Shown here piece by piece: positions 28,275 to 39,894 of a stretch of 64,000 bases of DNA. Every line of letters begins with the position of its first letter. The first letter of the stretch is position 1. The position numbers and the translations under genes are program-made. Source of the stretch: Octopus vulgaris (lineage: Eukaryota); contig OX597823.1 in the NCBI GenBank assembly GCA_951406725.2, positions 106,516,001 to 106,580,000 on the forward strand, read 5' to 3'. Below the pieces are notes generated by a model, which was given only the letters and a program-made list of their open reading frames with translations, was not told where the DNA came from and ran no database searches.

Positions 28275-29016
28275 GTATACACACATATGTATGTATGCAT
28301 ATATATATATATACATATATACACACAAAGAATACATACACAAATATACATATGAAATCACACGTATAAATATATATGCACACATACATACACGATCATA
28401 TGTGCAGACGTATATATACATACATATATATGTTCGTGCATATATTTCGATTTTGTATGTCTGTGTACACACACACACACATACTTATATGCACACATAC
28501 ATACATATATACATGCATACACATACATAGATAGACAAATACATATAAATATAACCATCGTACAATGAAGACTATATTACAAAAGTATTTACCATTAATT
28601 GTGACTTTGTTCCAAAGTCGAATTAATTCGATTCTTAATTGAGTTTGAGCAATTAATTTCAGCAACGTAGCTTTCCGGATCAGTAATATTCATCAAATTA
28701 GTAACGCGATCGTTTCATCCGAGTAAATCAGAAAGCTAGGACATTAACATTTGATACAACTACTGAGATATAACCTTGCCGTACACACAACAATCAATCG
28801 GGACAGTTTAATGAAGATCTCTTTTGGAAAAGCACCAAACAATTCCAGCTCCGACCCTTTGACTTAGAGTCGATGGGAGGATGAGTTTGTCTGTTTTATG
28901 TCTGCCTGTCTGTGTCCTTATCTCTGTTCAACAATGTGTCCGTGTGTTGGTGAGATTCGAGTTATGAAGGATGGCTGAGATTCTTCAATCTATCTATCTA
29001 TCCATCCATCTGTCTG

Positions 29017-29105
<89 letters not shown>

Positions 29106-29325
29106 TTATCTATCTATCCATTCATCTGTCTATCTATCTACTTTTCTATCTATCCCTCACACTCATTCTTTCTCTCACTTTTTATATATATAAGTCTGTT
29201 TGCTTCTTCCACTATCCTTTCTCACCTCCCTTCCCCATCTCTACCTCTCTTCCTCTCCTCCCTTCTCTCCCCATTTACTCTCCTATCGCTACCCTATCTC
29301 TGTATTGATATTCACAGGTATATAT

Positions 29326-30045
29326 ATAGTGTAATAAATAAAATATATGCATACATACAAACATATATGTATGTACCTACATCTACATGTATATATACAT
29401 ATATAAATATATATACGTGAGTACAGGACACCACAACTAGACGTAGAACTCAACGAGAAACGAAAACGGAAAAACCATTTTTTACAACAGAAAAACAGAG
29501 ACGTAGAACTCAACGAGAAACGAAAACGGAAAAACCATTTTTTTACAACAGAAAAACACAGTACAGGACATACTACACAAGGAAAAATCCCCTTCATCAG
29601 CTGTCTCCATGTCGGCTCCAGCGTGCTTCGAAGGTAAGACAGAACACGACTCGCCAAAATAGTCCTTTCTGCGAGAGAATTAAAATAAAATTACTTCGCA
29701 GAGGGGTAAAAACAAGGAAGAAAAAAATGTAACACAAACAGGACGTAAAAACGATACAAATAAAACTACGAAATATAATACAAGATAAAAATACATGTAC
29801 AAGAAAATACAATACGAGAAATAAAAATAATAAACAAGAAAACAAACAAGAAAACAAACGAAAAGGCCTTTTTATGGCTTAGATGGAAGAGATTCTGGCA
29901 GCGCATGGGAACACAAATGTGTGTCTTTACAGTTTGAAGGCTGCGTGTAAAAGTAAGTAGTTTTGGCTAGCAGTGACAAAGATGAGGAGGAATAAGAGAG
30001 AGAGAGATAGAGGAAGACAAGCGGCTGAGAGAGAGATGAGGAAGA

Positions 30046-30087
<42 letters not shown>

Positions 30088-30392
30088 AGGGAAGGTAAAG
30101 CAAAGAGATAAGGAATTTCGCGTCATAATTATATATAAAACAGTACTGGGAGAATAAGAACGGAACGAAGCGAACGAATCGAATCGAATCGACGCGAGGG
30201 CGCTGTCAAAAATAGTGTAATAAATAAAATATATGCATACATACAAACATATATGTACGTACCTACATCTACACGTATATATACATGCATATATAAATAT
30301 ATGTACGTGAGTACAGGACACCACAACTAGACGTAGAACTCAACAAGAAACGAAAACGGAAAAAACATTTTTACAACAGAAAAACAGAGTAT

Positions 30393-30398
<6 letters not shown>
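29326..30398 (-). mobile_element. Non-coding retrozyme/Penelope-like element (family D) with terminal direct repeats
   Basis: About 185-bp direct repeats starting at 29326 and 30212, an internal 60-bp tandem duplication and no real ORF. Homologous to 39895-40878; carries hammerhead core motifs. Confidence 0.75.
29589..29648 (-). ncRNA. Candidate non-circularly permuted hammerhead ribozyme
   Basis: Reverse complement: cgt-GTT-ctgtctt-a-ccttc-GAAGC-acg-(14 nt)-gagacag-CTGATGA-agggg. Stems I and III pair and covary with 39989-40049. Confidence 0.65.
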
Positions 30399-30431
<33 letters not shown>

Positions 30432-30432
<1 letters not shown>

Positions 30433-30893
30433 ACCTCAGCAAGAACTATAAGGGCAAAGAAAGAAACATCTGCAAATTCTACCTGAAGGGGGACTGCTGG
30501 TACGGCATTGAAGGTGCAAACTGTCGCTTTGCACATCAGAGGCCCCACCAAAACCGCACGGACGCGAGACAGGGGTCCCTCCCTCGGGGAGAACAAAAAG
30601 AACAAAAAGAAAAATATAAAAGAAGGGAAAAAAGCGCACTGACCACTCCTGAAAGACGATATGCAGATGTGGTGCGCGGTAACCCAACAAATGGCCAGCT
30701 TCACCCAGATGTAAGAAGGGCAGCAGCTGAACAGCAATCTTTTTTGTGCATGGCACAAAAAATTGTTCAGCAGCTGACCTGGCTACAAGCACAAAGCTGG
30801 AACTACCACCACATAAGGCCACCACCAACAGATGCAGGATGGCCACCACAGACACCAACATCAACACACACACCACAAGACTATTTCTACTGA
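30432..30893 (+). CDS. LINE ORF1 C-terminal remnant with CCCH-type zinc finger (no start codon; truncated)
   Basis: Frame is open from 30432 to TGA 30893; CKFYLKGDCWYGIEGANCRFAH starts at 30471. Confidence 0.75.
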
Positions 30894-33830
30894 ATGTAGG
30901 AGGGCTGCTACGCGGAAACTGTAAAAGGAAAATCTCATTCCTGAGAGACCTTGTGACATGCAATCAAGCTATATGCATGGCACTCACAGAAACGCATCTT
31001 GAATCCGATATAGGTGATGCAGAAATACACATGCCGCAATATGCAGTCATACGCACAGATAGAAAAGGGAGCAGCCATGGTGGAGATGCAATGTACATCC
31101 GAGATGACCTCACGCCCCAGGTCCTGCTGTCATATTCAAACTCAGTATGTGAAACTCAAATTGTACACATAAGACAACTGAATATCGTCATATGCACTAC
31201 ATATCGCCCACCAGATGCCCCAAAACACTCAGACATGTTTGAAGACTGCCTAACAAAAATGGGAGAAGTCCTCACCAACCTTGAAAGGTTGGTGAGTGTA
31301 TTCTTCATGGGTGACTTTAACCTCCCCAATGTGGAATGGCCTGGGGGGCAGATGCTCCCAGGGATGACACACCATCAGCAGGCACAGGTGGAGTCCCTGC
31401 TCCATCTCACAAATGCCTCTTTCATGGAGCAAATAGTTCTGCAACCAACAAGGGCAGATAATATACTGGATCTCTGCTTCACAAACAATATGGATATTAT
31501 CCATAATGTTAATGTGATGCCGACAATGATCTCGGATCACAACATAATAGAGCTGTCTATGTATGGAACAAAAGCCCCCGTAGACACACAGCCTATACGA
31601 AGCATCCACCATCTCTCCAACTTAAACTTTCATAAAGCCAACTGGAAGTTGATTGAGAAAGAGATCCTCAAACAGGATTGGCTGAATGTCTCTCCACACC
31701 GGACATAAACATGAAACACAAACACTTCATGTCCATAATACAAGCCATATGTGACAAATATGTCCCAGTGTGCAGGGCCAGCACACACAAGAACAAAAAC
31801 AGGATCTCTAGAGAAAGGAGGATTCTTATGAGACGACGGACAAGGATTGCGAACCGCCTGAGCAAGCACACCAAAAGTGGTGAGAAGTCTCGGCTCGAAA
31901 GAATGCTAATGGAAACAGAAAAGTCTACATCAGTCCCATGAAAAGGAGAGAGCAGATAAAGAAGCTTGGGTAATAGAAAATATAAAATCAAACCCTAAAG
32001 CTTTCTTTAAGTTTGCCAAAGAGACAGCCACAGTGCACCAGAGAATAGGACCTAGCTTCCAAAAAGATGGCTCTCTCACAGGAAATCCCACGAGGTTAAG
32101 TGAAATACTGAACGAACAGTTCCAAAGTGTGTTCACTACACCTCTAGGACACAGGCAAGTAAACAACCCAGAAGAATTCTTTGCCACTTTACCTGCGGCC
32201 AAAGAGGCAAAAATTGAGTACATCAACATCGAAGATGATGATATCACACAAGCCATAGATGAGATTGACACAAACTCAGCTGCTGGACCTGATGGATTCC
32301 CAGCGATCCTTCTCAAATCGTGCAAACGAGCCCTTGCAAAACCGCTACAGCTTCTTTTCAGAGCTTTCTTGCAAGTGGTAAGCTCCCAGTCAAATTGAAA
32401 GAGAGGGTAATATGCCCTATCCATAAGGGAGGTAGCAGAGCAGATGCTAAAAATTATAGGCCTATCTCTCTGACCTCACACATCAGCAAAGTCATGGAAC
32501 GAATAGTCCGTAAGAAACTAATCATGTTCCTTGAAGAAAATGACTTGCTGTCTGATACCCAGCATGGATTTCGACCAGGTAGAGGCTGCCTAACACAGAT
32601 CCTGCAACACTATGACTGGGTGTTGAAATAGCTACTAAATGGCTCAAATGTGGATGTAATATATCTCGACTTTGCAAAAGCCTTTGATAAGGTCGACCAT
32701 GGTATGATCTGTCACAAACTGCGTGGTCTCGGCATATGCGGAAAACTTGGAGAGTGGCTGCACAACTTCCTAAAAGACAGAAAACAGGCAGTAGTGAGCA
32801 ATGGAGCCACCTCCAAGGAAACGCAAATAGCAAGCGGTGTCCCACAGGGCACTGTCTTGGGGCCACTGATGTTCATAGTGGCCCTTTCAGACATGCCTTC
32901 AGTTGCTACGATGACCACCCTTGCTAGCTATGCAGATGACACAAAAGTCTCCCACGCAATACAAAACCCTGAAAATATTGCGCATCTGCAACATGAGCTG
33001 GACACAATATACAGGTGGGCTGAGGACAACAACATGCAGTTTAATGCAGGTAAGTTCCAGGCCCTGCGCTACTGGCACACAAAGGTAAATGACGTGAAGA
33101 CTGGATACACTGGCCCAGAAAGAATTGCAATCTCTGAGTCAAAATCAGTGCGTGACCTGGGCATTGACATGAGCAATGATGCATCTTTCCAAGTGCATAT
33201 TGCTAATCTGGTGATAAAATGCAGACGGCTAGCTGGATGGATTCTCCGAACTTTCAGAACATGATGGTCCTATGGAAAACATTCGTCCTCAGCCGCTTGG
33301 ACTACTGCTCCCAACTGTGGTCACCACAGAATATAAAACTAACAGCAGAACTCGAAGCAATTCAGAGAAGCTACACAAAGAAAATCGTCTCAATGCAAAA
33401 TATCAGCTACTGGGAAAGACTGAAGGTATTAAACCTCTTCTCCCTAGAGCGGAGGTGGGAGAGATATGCGGTGATATACATCTGGAAAATCCTGGAGGGT
33501 CTTGTCCCAAACTTTGGCATTCAAAGTTACCCCAACCGCAGAACGGGGCGCCACTGAGTGGTGCCAAGGATTCCAACATCACCATCAAAATACAGGTCCA
33601 GATACTGCAACAGCTTGGGTTTCAGAGGACCACAGCTCTTTAACATCCTCCCTAAATGCCTGAGAGACTTACATGGTGTGGATGTGGGTTTCTTTAAAAC
33701 TAAACTGGATCTCTTCTTGTTGGGAGTCCCAGATGAACCTACCTCACGACAGGAGACGCGGATGCGGGCAGCAGCATCGAACTCCCTTGTTGATCAAGTG
33801 CCATGTATCAGAGTTGGATTCACAAATTAA
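30746..33830 (+). pseudogene. LINE ORF2 (APE endonuclease + reverse transcriptase), broken by frameshifts and stops
   Basis: ORF pieces 30746-31708, 31678-31941, 32033-32398, 32320-32631, 32650-33264, 33219-33557 and 33558-33830 are colinear ORF2 segments. Confidence 0.95.
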
Positions 33831-33926
33831 TGTAGCTCATTCAGCGGTGGTGCCCCAGCATGGCCGCGGCCTTCGGGCTAAAACATTTTTAAGGATTTAA
33901 GGATATATATATATATATATATTTAT

Positions 33927-33963
<37 letters not shown>

Positions 33964-33976
33964 CAGATAGACAGAC

Positions 33977-34051
<75 letters not shown>

Positions 34052-34064
34052 CAGATAGACAGAC

Positions 34065-34095
<31 letters not shown>

Positions 34096-34100
34096 TAGAC

Positions 34101-34173
<73 letters not shown>

Positions 34174-34392
34174 TTGTAAGTCTGATTTTCATTCCACATT
34201 TTCTATCCGTATCATTATCAATTCGTACCCAAGAAAGTACATCAAAGAATTTTTTTAAAAGCAGGAGGTGTAATAATTCTAGGCCTAATAACACTCCAGC
34301 GTTACCTCATTGACCGTCTCCATCGTACTGTCAAAATCAAGCGTCAACTCGGGACGAAATATCCAGTGTCAAAATCATAGCAAACTTCGATA

Positions 34393-34779
34393 CATCATCA
34401 TCATCATTGTTCGACCGTGGTCGAGACAGTGGAATTTACCATGCTACGCCAGACTTCACAGTCCATCATGGCATTACGGAGGTTCTGTTGCTGGATGCCT
34501 GTATCCCTGGAGATTACATCAGGGTAGGAGAGTGTGCGCTCTCTGGTATTGCGAGTAGATGGCTTCCAGAGAAGAGTAGAAATTACCTCTTTTTCAGCTC
34601 TACAACAATGTCCAGCAAACTGGACTCTCCTACCTTTCACAAGAGATGACACAGGTGGTAGTTTCCCATATATTTGCATTTTGGTTGGATGGCGCTTCCA
34701 CGAGAGATTTTGAGCTCTCATAAGGAGGCGGGTATAGGTTCCATCCAACCGCCTCTCAAGCTTCTTTGATAACGTCCAT
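34393..34779 (-). mobile_element. RTE-clade LINE 3' fragment with (ATG)n tail
   Basis: WTLSKKLERRLDGTYTRLL..SW..H..IYG.LP..RR.QFAGHC..AMMD..WR motif set; the stop runs into (TGA)n. Confidence 0.85.
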
Positions 34780-34790
34780 ACATACATATT

Positions 34791-36451
34791 ATTTGCCGAG
34801 GCTTTTTCAACAATTATCAAACAAGATGATGGTCGTGAACCCCCTCCATTTGATAGATCGGTACCTCCAATGCTTCGATTGGTCATCACGCGGGACGAAG
34901 TCAAACGTGTTATTCAATGCCTCGATGTCAACAAGGGTCACGGCCCTGACGGCATACACCCACGGGTTATCAAAGCGTTGGCTCCGGTCATCTGCGAGCC
35001 CTTAACACGTCTATTCAATATGTCATTGGCGACGGGTGTTATACCTGCGGACTGGAGGACAGCGATAATCTGCCCAATTTTCAAGAAAGGGAGCCGCGAA
35101 GACCCGCTTAACTACCGACCGGTTTCCCTTACATCAATAATCAGCAAGATGTTCGAAACCATCCTTAAGAAAAGTATGATGCTCCACCTCCAAAACACAG
35201 CCTCGATCTCTGATTCCCAACACGGCTTCGTGCCGAAGAGATCATGCTTGACTAAGTTACTGGTAATGGAAGAATTGGTGACGCGCATCCTCGATGATGG
35301 TGATGCTGTTGACATCGTTTTATTGGAATTTGCCAAAGCTTTTGACTCGGTAAACCACCGCCTATTACTTGTCAAGCTTCAAGCATATAGTTTCCATCCG
35401 GATATTGTACGATGGGTTGGTGCCTTCCTCTCAGATCGCTCCTTCCAAGTCCAAGTTAAGGGTTCGCGGTCCGACGTCTCCAGTGCGAACAGTGGCGTGC
35501 CTCAAGGTTCAGTGCTTGGGCCCTTATTGTTTTTAGTCTTCATAAATGACTTGCCCGGCGACCTCACGCAACACACCCTTCTATTTGCCGACGATGTCAA
35601 ACTGGTCGCTCCTCGCGGTGATATAGAGGATCTTCGTCGATGCCTCCACCAAATTTGGAGGTGGTCTAACGAATGGGACCTGTGTCTGAACGTGTCAAAG
35701 TGCTGTCATCTGCCTGTTGGCTCTCCTCCTGCAACTCAACTTGATTTCGAGCCGGGTCGTCTGCTGCTGGAGAGGACCGATCAGGTAAAAGACCTGGGTA
35801 TGTTGGTGGATTCCTCCTTTTCGCCTTCGGCCCAGTGCGTCCATGCTGCCAACAAAGCACGCGGAATTCTGTTCTTGATTCGACGGTCATTCGGAATGCT
35901 CACAGCAGCCATATTCTTACCACTCTATGTCACGCTGGTGAGACCCATATTGGAGTACGGGATTCAAACCTCTTCTCCTTATCTCCTCAAAGACATACAG
36001 CATCTCGAAAGAGTCCAGAAGCTGGCTACCCGCATGGTTCATGGTCTCAAAAATTTGTCCTATGAAGAAAGGCTGAGGACGCTCGACCTTTATTCTCTAG
36101 AAAAACGCCGCCGCCGTGGTGATCTCATTCTCATAAGTGGAAAGTGTAACCTCTCGAAAGAGCTGTTCTTCACTCTTGCTCCAGAGCGTCAGCTGCGGGG
36201 TCATTCCGAAAAGCTCTACCTGCGACGATTTCATCTCAATCGAAGGAGAGGACTCCGTCCGGGTTGCGCATCCGTGGAACAAGCTGCCAGACGAGATGGT
36301 GAAGATGCCGACGACCGCTTTGTTCAAAGCCTCCCTTGACCTCAAGTGGCCTGAACTCTTTACATGAACACCACCCTGTACTTAACTCCATGTCCCCCTA
36401 CATGGCCTTGCTATTTGCTTTTGAGCCAAATTAACTAACTAACTAACTAAC
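34791..36451 (+). mobile_element. Second CR1-clade LINE family, 5'-truncated (RT + C-terminus), (CTAA)n tail
   Basis: ORF 34870-36339 has GPDGI, NYRPVSLTS, QHGF, FAKAFD (preceding catalytic D is E), GVPQGSVLGP, FADD and RRRGDLI. The C-terminus is frameshifted (WNKLP..FK..LD, stop 36367). Confidence 0.92.
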
Positions 36452-36790
36452 ATATGTACATACATGCACGTATGCATACATACATGTACAAAAGCATGTA
36501 CCTGCACATATCCATCACATTATATGTAGATACATGTGTGTGTATATGTGTGTGTGCGCATGTGTGTGGCTACTTTTATATCCTACTTAGCGTGACTGTA
36601 TTGTTAGAACGCCGTAATACTTCGATATTTGCTTGAGAAATCCTCTCATATAGACGTTTAGTGCTAGGAACCACACGCATATCGGTAGCAGACCAGAAAT
36701 CATCCAGCACCTGTGGCGGGACTGTTAGAGCACGTAGGTTTTGGAGTGTCCGCACTTCACCGCTTTATGTAGGATATAAAGAAAACCATA

Positions 36791-37202
36791 AGGCGGCGAG
36801 CTGGCAGAAACGTTAGCGCGCCAGGCGAAATGCTTAGTGGTATTTCGTCTGTCGTTGCATTCTGCGTTCAAATTCCACCGAGGTCGACTTTGCCTTTCAT
36901 CCTTTCTGGGTCAATGAATTAAGTACCAGTTTCGCACTGGCGTTGATGTAATCGATTTAATCCCTTTGTCCTTGTTTGTCCCCTCTATGTTTAGCCCCTT
37001 GTAGGTAGTAAAGAAAGAGGTATTTCGTCTGCCGCTACGTTCTGAGTTCAAATACCGCCGAGGTCGATTTTGCCTTTCATCTTTTCGGGGTCAATAAATA
37101 AAGTACCTGTTTCGCATTGGGGTCGATGTAATCGACTTAATCCCTTTCTCTGTCCTTGTTTGTCCCCTCTGTGTTTAGCCCCTGGTGGGTAGTAAAGAAA
37201 TA
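36791..37202 (+). mobile_element. SINE family C, head + duplicated body (dimer)
   Basis: Unit 1 spans 36791-37018; unit 2 restarts at GGTATTTCGTCTG (37019). Confidence 0.9.
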
Positions 37203-37419
37203 TATAAAGAAAGCCATTAACACTGCTTCTGCCAGTAATATTTCGCGTGTGTGTATGTGTGTGCGCGCGTGCGTTTGTGTGTATAATATCTATCTATCTA
37301 TCTATTTAACTGTTTGTCTATACTTGTGTGAATTTGTGAGTGTGTGTGTGTGGTTTTGCACTCGCGATCGCGTGTGTGTGTTTGTGTCTATTGGATCACC
37401 ATCGATCGATAATGCGGAT

Positions 37420-37545
37420 TCAACCGCTTCATCACCAGATTTACCCGCTCCTGATTTAACGGGTAAAACGGCTGAGTTTTCTACGAACATGTATACCCTT
37501 AACATAGTTTTCAGGCAGATTCAGCATAGCTGTGTGATAAATTTC
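37420..37545 (-). mobile_element. Diverged SINE family B-related fragment
   Basis: GGCTGAG..TACCCTTAAC.TAGTT.TC.GG..GATTCAGC matches 26505-26560. Confidence 0.55.
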
Positions 37546-37645
37546 ACCCACAAGATATGGATGAACCCCGGGCCTGAGAGTTGCAAAGCGTACATTCCAA
37601 CCTTTCAAGAATTCGTTCATGTTGCACCAGTTCTGTCTCTCTCTG

Positions 37646-37677
<32 letters not shown>

Positions 37678-37947
37678 ACTTTCTCTCTCTCTCTCTCTCT
37701 CACTCTCTCACACATACAAACACACACACATGCATTTCACACACACACACTGACGTCTCTATATGAACTTATATTCTAGATGTGCCAGTCAGTTCCTGCA
37801 TCTGTGTGAGCTTGTGTTTTTGTGTTTTTTTCAATGCTCTTCCATGTTCGTGCAAACATTCGTATATATTAATGTATTATGTGTGTATGTGTATGCCAGT
37901 ATATGTGGGGGGGGGAGCTGTTAAAATGAATGCTTGTTTCTTTTAAG

Positions 37948-37992
<45 letters not shown>

Positions 37993-38150
37993 AAATTTAG
38001 AGGACTGACCACTAAAAAAATGGACAGATATAGACGTTAAAATGGCCATTTTCCACGAAGAATGTTTTCTCAACAAAAAAATTTTGCAAAAAACCAAAGT
38101 GTAAAAATAAGCAAGACAAATGAAAATATACGAAATAAAAAAACGAATAC

Positions 38151-38225
38151 CTATGTACTAATTAGTTTCACTTGTTAATATTTACATATATGGATACGCA
38201 AACATCTGCAAGTTCATCAGCATAG
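38151..38225 (-). ncRNA. Type I hammerhead ribozyme with intact core
   Basis: Reverse complement: ctatg-CTGATGA-acttg(loop)caagt-GAAAC-taatta-GTA-catag. Stems I and II are perfect 5 bp; stem III is palindromic (ACTAATTAGT). Confidence 0.8.
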
Positions 38226-39894
38226 TCTGTCGTTTACAAAACATAATTCCCAGAACTAGATACAGAACACTCGACCGAAATCCAGCATGTATAAAGTTCA
38301 ACAAATTATAAATATAATTTGTTGAACTCATGAATAAACATATTGTCTGGACTAAATTTGACTATTTTTGTGTCTCTTTTTCATGAACAAATATTGATGT
38401 ACTGGTGAAGAGTCAACAACGTTGGAGAGCATGAAGATTAAAGTTGTAGTTGAATAAAGGTTAGTTGAGATGGAAAAGTTGAAGCTCGCTGAATATCGGC
38501 AAAGAGTTACTTGTATCATGATGACCTGCTTCGAGTATCAACATTCCCGTTATCATGACTGCTGCTCAACGTTTTGTGAACATTGTAAAGAAGATGAGAC
38601 AAGACATGAAGAGATGCAACGGAGACTACCAGGCTGTGGCCTTTATGAAGGGAGTTTTGGTGAGAGTTTCTTTGCTAGTTAGTTTCTTTCTTTTCCTGAT
38701 GTTGGTAGGAATGCCATTAGCTGTGCTAAGGCAGGTGAATGGGAGAGAATTAAAGTGTTATAAAAAGAAAAAAAAGGAGGTAGATTATTTCGTTAAACAC
38801 ATAGATGTCGGAGAGAGAAAAGAATTATATATTCGTTATTCGGCACTTTGTGTGACAAGTAGTCATGTAATCAAACAAATATAGAGCAGAATGAAAAGAA
38901 AGCAAATGAATGAGAAAGATAGATATATCGTGAGTAAGAGAGAAGTTGAGGGAAACGAAGTACAGGGCTGAGAAATCTTGAGAGGAGATTAGAGACGTAA
39001 CGGGATTAAATAATAAACGTATGCAGAATGAGAGAATGAGAAAGTGTTTGAAAGAAAGCAAGAGAAATAATATGATATTAGTGTCTGTGAAGATGATGAG
39101 TTTTCGGGAAATGAAAAGAAGAATTGAGTACAGGCTTTAAATCATATAAAAATGTGAGGGATATAAATGTGCAAGAGTATATGTGTACATATAAATATTT
39201 ATATGAACTTAAAGTTACATGAGATATGTCTGTGGTTTATTTAAGTTCTAAAGGCAAATTCACAGCTGTTACAGTGGTGAAAGAATTCTCTCCCGCGCCA
39301 AAATGCGTAAAAACTCCATATCCTTCATATCTGCCCAGTGCTTCCGCCGAATCGATTCTAAGACGCGTTTCTGGCTTTTTAACCGTTCTCAATGGTATCC
39401 TTTGAATTTAAATTATGTCATAAATATATAATATTTTAACAAACCCAAAGTTCGTTTATTTCTCACCGGTGCATGACGCTGATGCTGATTTACATATAAA
39501 CGAATCTTTTCTGTTTGCCTACCATGTTTCAGTTTCTTCAATTTTTGTTCCAATTAACTTCATACTTGGCGTATTTGTGTAGTTTTCTAAAGTAATCATT
39601 GACATGAAATTCATTTTCGCCATAAATCAATAAATAAAGTGTTAACTTTTAAAGTCTACAAGTTTTGGATAATCGAAAGCCGCCGATAAATTGTACCTGT
39701 TTCCATAGTAACAAAACAAGCTGTTTCTAAGCTGCTTAACATATGTTCTTTTTATATTAAATGCTTAAAGCACGTGTGGTATGAGATGTGCTTAAAAATA
39801 GTAGCTAAATAGGCCTTAAATACAGTCCGTTCTTTTTTATGGTAGGGGTGGTTTCTATAATCCTAAGAATTCCTGTATGTAGAATATAAATTCG

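Larger units (their letters stand above)
30431..33903 (+). mobile_element. CR1-clade LINE, 5'-truncated within ORF1, defective ORF2, inserted in (TA)n
   Basis: APE motifs (NVGGL, LTETHL, YRPP, GDFNLP, LDL, SDHN), RT motifs (GPDG, NYRPISLTS, QHGF, LDFAKAFD, GVPQG, YADD), short 3' UTR and a (TTTAAGGA)2 tail. Confidence 0.95.

Noticed and set aside
29439-29560. Repeat pair that might suggest a CRISPR-like array
   Set aside because: A simple 60-bp tandem duplication without unique spacers; eukaryotic context and no cas genes.
34791-36451. Horizontal-transfer origin for the GC-richer CR1 family
   Set aside because: Higher GC is expected for young coding TE sequence; it cannot be supported without a phylogeny.
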